Virus record (IMG/VR): IMGVR_UViG_3300046355_000213
Coordinates: 32,001-96,000 of that record
Reading direction: 5' to 3' (one strand)
From: a virus
Length of the DNA stretch: 64,000 nucleotides
This document shows positions 57,185 through 64,000 of this stretch, one piece after another; position 1 is the first letter of the stretch, and the number at the start of each line of letters is the position of its first letter. Under the pieces are notes generated by a model, which saw only the letters and a program-made list of their open reading frames with translations, searched no databases and was not told where the DNA came from. The position numbers were made by a program, and so were the translations under genes.

Positions 57185-60100
57185 TTATGCTGTAAATGTT
57201 CCTGATGATGTAAACGTGTGATAAGTAAATCCTCCACTAGATGTTACAGTTCCACCTGTTCCTCTTTGTGCTCCAGCGTAGCGAATAATAACTATACCTG
57301 AGCCACCATTTTGACCTCCTTGTAAATATCCAGCTCCTGCAGCACCACCACCTGTTCCTGTGTTAGGATTTCCAGCAGTAGCGTTTTCTCCACCTTCTCC
57401 AGTAGTACCGCCACCACCTGTTGATCTTGATCCACGACCTCCGTTAACACTATTATTTCCTCCAGCAGCATTGTCTACAACACCAGCACCTCCACCGCCT
57501 CCGCCACCACAGGCGTAGACAACTCCGTTGAACCAGGATAAACCGTTTCCACCTAGACCTCCACGAGAACCAGGTACAGCTGTACCACCTGTAGTATTAG
57601 CACCTCCACCTCCGCCTCCTGAACGTGTTGATCCATTTGATCCACCGTTGTTTCCTTGGCCTGGAGTTGCTACACCAACTGGATAACTTCCGCTGTCTCC
57701 TCCTTTACCTCCACCTGAGCCTCCATTGCTTGCACCAGTTGTGTTAGATTCTTCACCTTGTCCTTGTCCTCCACCTATTGATACTAAACCAAAAGCTGAA
57801 CTGAATGCACCATTAGATCCTGGGAGACCTCCTCCATCAGCAGCTAATCTACTTATACCACCTGCGCCACCGGCACCGATAACAACACTGTATGTAGATC
57901 CTGATGTAACTGCAGAAGCACCGGCTAAATAACCACCAGCTCCTCCTCCTGCACCACCGCCACCATAACCATTAGACATCTCGGCTCCGCCTCCTCCTCC
58001 GCCTCCTCCAACGATAAGCATATCAATTGCGTAAAACGTATTTGGTGCATACGTTGTGCTGTCAACAGAACCATCTGCTTTTAAGAACTGTGAAGAGGTG
58101 CCGCCAGTTCTGATTATAGAGGTTGCTGTTACAGAAGATGAAAATACCCCAGCACCACTTTGAGTTATACGAAACCGCTCCACTAAACTTGCAGAAGATC
58201 CTGCTGTTCCACTGACTGCAGTTAAAAACTTAATCTCTCCTAGTGCAGAATCCAGATGTATACGAGCAGCATACTGAGATACAATATAGTTACCAGAAGA
58301 TGTTCTGTTACAATCAATGTATCCACTATTTATGTCGTGCATGAAACCAAATACTCTACCTAACTGTAAAGTGGTGTCTGGAGAAGTAGTAGCAATTCCT
58401 ATTCTACCTGATGAATCAATACGCATCCGTTCAGTAGGAGTTGTTGGACCAGCACCTGTTCCTTTTGTCCAGAATGTTAATGCTGTCTGATAGTCAACTG
58501 ATGAGTTAGTTCTATAAGAACGAATAGCAGACGTTGCTTTGTCAGTTCCTGATTCAAAGTTTATACCTACATAGTAATTACCATCATTTAGGTTTCTTAC
58601 AGTTAGTGGAGTGTAATCAATTGGTCCTGCTAAGTTTGCAGCACCAGCTTTGATAGCACCATTTAATTGTAATAATGTTACACCATCATCTACAGGAAGG
58701 AAGCTCGGTCCACCAGGACCCATTAATATTTGTCCGTTGGATGTTATCTTAATCCCATCTCCTTGATATCCTCCAAGGGCAAGGTCTGTGTTAGCACCTA
58801 TGGTGACGTTTTCATATCCATACAAAACTGTTCCATAAGCTACGCTATGATAGAATTGCATCTTATTGACACCAGCATTTTGTAATGTAATTACTGAATT
58901 ATTTGTACCATTGATTGTAATACCTCCTCCATTTGCTCCAGCATTAACTGATGTAGTATTAAATCCATAGAATCCTGTCCCGCTGTCATAAAGTCCACTA
59001 TTGGCAACAGTGCCGCTTGCAGTAAACTTAGGTACATAATTAGCTGTACCGGATCCAGATACTCCTGTAACAGAAGCATTGTACCGGATAGCTTGCACCT
59101 GGTCTCCTACTGCTGAAGCAAAGGTTAGTACAAAAGTAGTTCCGTTGGTAGCTGTAAATTCTGAGCTGGTTAGTTTAGCACCGTTGACAAAGACATCGAG
59201 TAACCCAACTGTGTAGCCTCCAGATACCGTAAAGATTGTCTGTCCGGCTGTAGCTGTATAGTCAAGTACATCTCTGGATGTAGGCAGTGCAGCAACCGTA
59301 GCTGTATAGTTAAGAATGCTTACTATGTCTCCTGCAACACAGGCTACACCAAGGACTACTGTAGTACCATTTGTAGCTGTAAAATCTGAAGGCGGATACT
59401 TAACACCGTTTACGAATACATCTACCAGTCCTACTACATATCCACCGGTTATAGTAAACGTAGTCTGACTAGCAGTAGCTGTGAATGTCTGTTCAACACG
59501 TGCAGCAGAAGATGGAGCAATCGTCCAGGACCGGTTAGCTGATAAATCAAAGGCAGTACCATTAATAGTAAGCGTCCGGGATGTTGGTACATACGAAGAC
59601 AAATCACTTGCCAGAGCCAAAGTACCAGAGGCGTCAGGCAAAGAATATTCCCTGTATGTTGTTAATAAGTTATTCTTAAGAATAATACCTTTTGTAAATC
59701 CACCAAAGAAGAATCCGATTCCATTTGTTCCGTAAGCATTTACGCTAGTATATCCTGCTGAAGCTGCGTTAATGCTAGTCGCGTGCTCAAAATATAATCC
59801 TCCACCTATACTTCCTGTTTTAGCAAGATAAACATAACCACCAAACACACCATAAGAACCTAGTTGAATTCCACTGGTTGCTCCGTTATAAGGAACATAC
59901 GCAGTGTTGTCATAAGATATAGTCGTACCTGATATCTTAACAAAACCAGTTCCTGATAAAGATGCCTGTTTAGCATTAAGTGCTGTCTGTAAATCAGTCT
60001 GGTTAGACAGGGTCCCTGTAATAGCCCCCCAGGTACCGCCTACTGTAGGAGAAACCTCAATGTAGGCAGATCCGCTCCAACGGTAAATTTTATTTTCTGT

Positions 60101-61021
60101 TAAGTCTACATAGATCTTACCAGCCTCTCCCGTACCAGGAAAACCTGCCAGGTTTGTGTACTCCAGGATATCATCTACATAAGAGGGTAGCTGAGATGCA
60201 GGTATTTTACCACCTGAGTCCAGGGAAGCATAACCATTATTAACGCCTTTGTTAGCTGCGTTCTCAGGCGTAAACTCAAGTGCATTAGTAACATCTGTTG
60301 ATGTAAGGGAGATCGCGCCTGTACGGGTGTTAAAACTAGTTACATCGGCAGCAATAGACCATGACCGGTCTGCTGATAAATCATAAGTTACTCCATTAAT
60401 TGTGAGAGTACGAGCATTTGTAACTGGAGTATAAGTTAATGCAGTAGTAACATCTGAAGAACTCAGTGTTATAGCCCCTGTGCGGGTATTAAAAGAAGTA
60501 ACACCTCCTTGATACTGGGGAATGTTTAAGACCCCTGTAGTGGAGTTATAGGTAGCTGCTCCGGATGTTCCTGTAGTAGTCAGTGAGATAGCCTCACGAG
60601 CGCGCGCGTCCGTGTAATATTTATTGATTGCACCTTCTCCAATTTGATCACTGGTTACTACAAAACCCTGGCTTAGAGAAGAATAGATAATGACATCCAG
60701 AATGTCCCCTAAAGAAGCGGCATCTGTTAGAACAACAGTTGTGCCGTTAGAAGCAGTATAAGAATCTGAGTTGAGGTAGGATCCATTGACAAAGACATCA
60801 ATTAGCCCCACACCATAACCGCCTGAGACAATAAATGTAGTCTGTCCGGCAGTAGCAGTAAATGACTGAGATGACTTAAGACTTCCGTTAGCAGTAGCTC
60901 CAACAAATGTTCTTACCCAAGAGGTTGAAGCCATCTTAGCTGAATTGTCAGATCCTGACTCAGTAACACCTGTAATAGAACCGGACACCAGGAGGCCGTT
61001 CTTTATCTTAAATTCATTCAT
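57185..61021 (-). CDS. tail fibre/adaptor with three docking-like repeats and a C-terminal glycine-rich domain
   Basis: 1278 aa; three FTATAGQTxF...DVFVNG...TNGTT repeats; C-terminal LIVGGGGGGG...GGSGIVIIRY...HTFTSSGTF. Confidence 0.8.
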   Translation of the reverse strand: MNEFKIKNGLLVSGSITGVTESGSDNSAKMASTSWVRTFVGATANGSLKSSQSFTATAGQTTFIVSGGYGVGLIDVFVNGSYLNSDSYTASNGTTVVLTDAASLGDILDVIIYSSLSQGFVVTSDQIGEGAINKYYTDARAREAISLTTTGTSGAATYNSTTGVLNIPQYQGGVTSFNTRTGAITLSSSDVTTALTYTPVTNARTLTINGVTYDLSADRSWSIAADVTSFNTRTGAISLTSTDVTNALEFTPENAANKGVNNGYASLDSGGKIPASQLPSYVDDILEYTNLAGFPGTGEAGKIYVDLTENKIYRWSGSAYIEVSPTVGGTWGAITGTLSNQTDLQTALNAKQASLSGTGFVKISGTTISYDNTAYVPYNGATSGIQLGSYGVFGGYVYLAKTGSIGGGLYFEHATSINAASAGYTSVNAYGTNGIGFFFGGFTKGIILKNNLLTTYREYSLPDASGTLALASDLSSYVPTSRTLTINGTAFDLSANRSWTIAPSSAARVEQTFTATASQTTFTITGGYVVGLVDVFVNGVKYPPSDFTATNGTTVVLGVACVAGDIVSILNYTATVAALPTSRDVLDYTATAGQTIFTVSGGYTVGLLDVFVNGAKLTSSEFTATNGTTFVLTFASAVGDQVQAIRYNASVTGVSGSGTANYVPKFTASGTVANSGLYDSGTGFYGFNTTSVNAGANGGGITINGTNNSVITLQNAGVNKMQFYHSVAYGTVLYGYENVTIGANTDLALGGYQGDGIKITSNGQILMGPGGPSFLPVDDGVTLLQLNGAIKAGAANLAGPIDYTPLTVRNLNDGNYYVGINFESGTDKATSAIRSYRTNSSVDYQTALTFWTKGTGAGPTTPTERMRIDSSGRIGIATTSPDTTLQLGRVFGFMHDINSGYIDCNRTSSGNYIVSQYAARIHLDSALGEIKFLTAVSGTAGSSASLVERFRITQSGAGVFSSSVTATSIIRTGGTSSQFLKADGSVDSTTYAPNTFYAIDMLIVGGGGGGGGAEMSNGYGGGGAGGGAGGYLAGASAVTSGSTYSVVIGAGGAGGISRLAADGGGLPGSNGAFSSAFGLVSIGGGQGQGEESNTTGASNGGSGGGKGGDSGSYPVGVATPGQGNNGGSNGSTRSGGGGGGANTTGGTAVPGSRGGLGGNGLSWFNGVVYACGGGGGGGAGVVDNAAGGNNSVNGGRGSRSTGGGGTTGEGGENATAGNPNTGTGGGAAGAGYLQGGQNGGSGIVIIRYAGAQRGTGGTVTSSGGFTYHTFTSSGTFTA

Positions 61022-61061
61022 TAGTTATCTGTTTTCACTGTCCAACAGAAAAGTTTTAATG

Positions 61062-62075
61062 TTATATAGCCCTTGTAGAGACTATGACGGTAAAGCCCGT
61101 AGAAGCTGCTACCGCATTTAAACTGATGTTACCACTTGAAAGGGTAACGGTAAAAGTCAGGTCTGTAGTAGACCCAATATCATTAGAGAGTGTCTCGTAA
61201 GACTCTACATCTGTACCGTTTGTAATGGCTACCACTGAGCCCACACGGACATTGGTGCCTTTTTTTACCACGTAGTCAAAGAAGACTCCTGTGTAAGTTG
61301 TAGCCGATACTGCCTTGACAGACGTTGTACCTACAGCCAGTGAGGCCGTACTGTTCTTATCTGCATCTACAGCTCCTTGTAAAGACCCTGTAGGAATAGC
61401 CTGAACACCCAGGATACCGTTACTGTCTGCAACCATCATTCTGGTTCCTGTACCACTAAGGTTTCCAATCTTTACCAGACCTGTAACCAGGTTCATTGCA
61501 TAATGCGTAAGTCCTGTTGAAGAGGTAACTGTAGGATTATAGTAAAACCCGGTAAAAGTGGACGTACTTAATGTATAGTTTAACGTAGGCATCATGTTGA
61601 TACCGTATTGATTCATACCTACTGTTGGCACCGCGTTTTGTCCAAAAGCATCAGTGGTAAATAACTTCATCAGTGACATTTCGCCACCGTAGACCGTACC
61701 ATTGTTACTGTACGCACCATTAAATGCAAACACCGCTTTTATAGCAGCTGATGAGGCAAATCTTAAATCCCCAACAAAAGTAAGAGCATGTGCTCCTGCT
61801 GCATTATAGGTGTTTTGTTTGGTCCATCCGTCAGCTGTATGGGATATGTACATCTGATCACGGAAGGCATGTGCACCTGTGCGTATCTCTATACCCGAAA
61901 ATATACCCTGAACACGGACAGTTCCATTAACATCCAGCTTAAACCCAAAGTCTGTAGGCTGGTTTATACCAATGTTACCATTGTTCCTTACCTCAAGTAA
62001 ATTAGTCGGAGTAACAGCGTTATTCTGAACAGTTAACCCACCACGAAATAAAGCACTTGAAAGAAACTTCAACAT
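61062..62075 (-). CDS. tail fibre-related structural protein
   Basis: 337 aa; GNIGINQP..KLDVNG repeat; GTGTRMMVAD; beta-rich C-terminus. Confidence 0.65.
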   Translation of the reverse strand: MLKFLSSALFRGGLTVQNNAVTPTNLLEVRNNGNIGINQPTDFGFKLDVNGTVRVQGIFSGIEIRTGAHAFRDQMYISHTADGWTKQNTYNAAGAHALTFVGDLRFASSAAIKAVFAFNGAYSNNGTVYGGEMSLMKLFTTDAFGQNAVPTVGMNQYGINMMPTLNYTLSTSTFTGFYYNPTVTSSTGLTHYAMNLVTGLVKIGNLSGTGTRMMVADSNGILGVQAIPTGSLQGAVDADKNSTASLAVGTTSVKAVSATTYTGVFFDYVVKKGTNVRVGSVVAITNGTDVESYETLSNDIGSTTDLTFTVTLSSGNISLNAVAASTGFTVIVSTRAI

Positions 62076-62097
62076 TTACATACACGGACAAATGAAC

Positions 62098-63303
62098 TTA
62101 TTTCTTAATTACCACGCGGTACTGGTCTGAAGTAGGAGCTACTGCAAAACCTACGGTTACAACGTTCACAGATGTTCTTACCACGTCCGTGTATACAGTT
62201 TCTCCAGTTGCATTCTCATATACCTCCACTACTACATCTTTGGTGTTCAAATTATGAGTAATGGTATAAGAGGTAGAAGAACCTGTAAGGTCTACTGCGT
62301 ATCCACCTGTACGGTTATCTAGTAATGTCTTTAACTTAAGCGGGGTAACAATGCGCGTATCGTCAATACCGTTGTTTACCTCACCCTGGTCAGCGATCTC
62401 TGCCAGACCAACTCTTGATTCAGTAGCTGTTCTGCCTGCTAATTTAGCTGGAGTAACTGCAGCTGTATCGTTTGTACCATCATTAGTCTCTGTCTGTGTG
62501 GCAATCTCTACCAGACCAAGTACAGTTTCTGTAGCCTGAGTACGATTTACTTCTAACTGAATCCAGTCAGATGCAAGTGTTTCAGAAGCATTGTCAATCT
62601 TGGCAATGATAACATCACCTACGTTAAAGGCTACACCACCCGTAGTACCTGCAACCGTTACATACCAGTAATCTCCTTTCTTTGTACCAGCAACAGGATC
62701 TGTGCCTACTGGAAAGTATCCGCTTGATGCAGCCCAGGCTCCTTCAAGGTTACCAAGACCACCAATAACACTATCAACATAAGTCTTGACAGCTGAAGAT
62801 GTAGCAAGCGTTGTTGATGAAGAACTTGCCAAGTCTGTAATTACAGTTACCTCAGCAACGTCAGCTGTAGATCCGGAAAGGTTACCTAGTACTTTAAGAC
62901 CGGCAATCTGTTGGATCTTACCTAGTGTTACTGCATTAGCATTGATCTTTACAGTTGTTACTGCTCCATCATTAAGCTTAGATGTAGTTACACCAAAGTC
63001 TTTAATACGGACCGCGTCCCCAAAGATCTCCAGCGTAACGTTGTCAACGTTAACATCCAAGGTGATCACGTCACCAGAGGCAGAAGTGGAAGCGATAAGG
63101 GCTGCTCCACCTATTACGTCCTGAAGATCACCAGACATGTCTACCCAGGCACTCCCGTTGTAGAAATACATACGGGAATCTGTAGTGTCATAATACACTT
63201 GTCCTGTTACAGGAGAAGAAGGAGCCGAAGCCAAGTTCTGAATAGCTACATTGAGTATCTGATTCTTGGTGAGGTCAATACTGGTTAAAAATTTCTTTGC
63301 CAT
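62098..63303 (-). CDS. tail fibre/collar structural protein
   Basis: 401 aa; two ATET.LGL.EIA...AVTP.KL fibre repeats; AVTTxKI repeats; C-terminal ITHNLNTKDV domain. Confidence 0.7.
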   Translation of the reverse strand: MAKKFLTSIDLTKNQILNVAIQNLASAPSSPVTGQVYYDTTDSRMYFYNGSAWVDMSGDLQDVIGGAALIASTSASGDVITLDVNVDNVTLEIFGDAVRIKDFGVTTSKLNDGAVTTVKINANAVTLGKIQQIAGLKVLGNLSGSTADVAEVTVITDLASSSSTTLATSSAVKTYVDSVIGGLGNLEGAWAASSGYFPVGTDPVAGTKKGDYWYVTVAGTTGGVAFNVGDVIIAKIDNASETLASDWIQLEVNRTQATETVLGLVEIATQTETNDGTNDTAAVTPAKLAGRTATESRVGLAEIADQGEVNNGIDDTRIVTPLKLKTLLDNRTGGYAVDLTGSSTSYTITHNLNTKDVVVEVYENATGETVYTDVVRTSVNVVTVGFAVAPTSDQYRVVIKK

Positions 63304-63318
63304 GTTAGGTCGAGGTTA

Positions 63319-63846
63319 CTAGTTTAAGTATGCTTTACCGCTGAAAGCACTTGAGAAAGTTACTGTCAGGGTGTTAGTGTTAGTATATTGTATATCTCCA
63401 ACAACTTCTGTATTAGCAGAATCTACCACTGTCACAGAAGGATATTTGTTAAGGCTGTGGTTAATTGTCCAAAGTGTAGCAGGAACTCCCTGGTTATAGA
63501 TATAAGCATGTTCCCAAGTAGCGGAAAGTGTTGTGCCATCTTCCCTGGTAAGGGTGATTACTTTTTGAGTTTCATTAGTAGTAACTGATAAAGCTCTTAT
63601 AATCTGGTTATAAGCCTCAGTCCAATCTGCATAATCAGTGTTATTAACGCCTATAAATTTCCAGTCATTACCATCCCAGGCATAAAGGTTAGCCTCTGTT
63701 GTGTCAAAGCAAATAATACCCTTGTCATTAATGTTGTAGGAGGACACAAGTGCTACCCGCTGTGATGTCGTAAGAGGAAATATCTTAGCATCCAGCAGAC
63801 TGTTTTTGACCAGGTCTACATCATGGTAATACTTAACTGATGGCAT
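63319..63846 (-). CDS. tail structural protein
   Basis: 175 aa; C-terminal WTINHSLNKYPSVTVVD...FSSAFSGKAYLN domain. Confidence 0.65.
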   Translation of the reverse strand: MPSVKYYHDVDLVKNSLLDAKIFPLTTSQRVALVSSYNINDKGIICFDTTEANLYAWDGNDWKFIGVNNTDYADWTEAYNQIIRALSVTTNETQKVITLTREDGTTLSATWEHAYIYNQGVPATLWTINHSLNKYPSVTVVDSANTEVVGDIQYTNTNTLTVTFSSAFSGKAYLN

Positions 63847-64000
63847 TAGGATAGGTATGCTTTACCGGCAACAGCCGAGCTGAATAATATGCGCAGGTTG
63901 TTACTGTCTATAACCTCAATTACGCCACTGATATCATTGCCAGCCGTATCTTCTGCAAATACAGCAGGTACACGGCCCATGTTGTGGTTAATAACCCACA
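63846..64000 (-). CDS. 3' end of a truncated tail structural protein
   Basis: ...WVINHNMGRVPAVFAEDTAGNDISGVIEVIDSNNLRILFSSAVAGKAYLS*, paralogous to the neighbour's C-terminus; TAATG overlap with the next start. Confidence 0.7.
   Translation of the reverse strand, partial: WVINHNMGRVPAVFAEDTAGNDISGVIEVIDSNNLRILFSSAVAGKAYLS

Noticed and set aside
57250-58010. CCT/CCA/CCG-rich low-complexity DNA as a repeat array or CRISPR
   Set aside because: It is explained by the glycine-rich coding domain and has no repeat-spacer periodicity.
49695-61021. Diversity-generating retroelement or invertible shufflon acting on the fibres
   Set aside because: No reverse transcriptase or recombinase, no adenine-specific TR/VR pair and no inverted cassettes were seen; the repeats are in-frame coding modules.
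8953-63588. Many short + strand ORFs antisense to the virion genes, and - strand ORFs inside the replication genes
   Set aside because: They are shadow ORFs of long coding frames with no motifs or independent expression signals.
1-64000. Stop-codon reassignment (TAG or TGA), known in some crAss-like phages
   Set aside because: Genes up to 13.7 kb are open in the standard code, and TAG and TGA end genes at sensible positions (for example 1170, 7863, 6587).

Overview
This window is a gene-dense segment of a crAss-like (Crassvirales-type) podovirus that probably infects Bacteroidota. It uses the standard genetic code and shows no tRNA, CRISPR array, integrase or reverse transcriptase. From 1 to 8.3 kb (+ strand) is a replication and nucleotide-metabolism block: PD-(D/E)XK nuclease, family A DNA polymerase, DUF932-like protein, HAD hydrolase, dUTPase, a cyclic-phosphate-processing receiver-like protein and dNMP kinase. 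A bidirectional terminator at about 8.3 kb separates it from the convergent - strand virion block (8.3-64 kb). That block holds giant injected proteins (a 1928-aa polyvalent protein and a 4560-aa virion RNA polymerase with a DFDID motif fused to a Dda/RecD-like helicase) and cargo proteins segmented by [MFY]xxGG motifs. It continues with muzzle/ring tail proteins, an HU/IHF-like protein, a metallophosphoesterase, Cys-rich/FN3-like proteins and a large tail-fibre cluster. The main leads are: (1) a GG-delimited 970-aa cargo protein built from many small modules, with terminal tags shared with its neighbours; (2) the RNAP-helicase-zincin fusion; (3) a probable branched fibre system with three docking repeats and three fibres sharing an N-terminus; (4) a recurring GTATATTATAATGTA promoter motif, some copies with an upstream palindrome; (5) a candidate structured ncRNA after dut. 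All family assignments come from recognising motifs by eye; no database searches were run.
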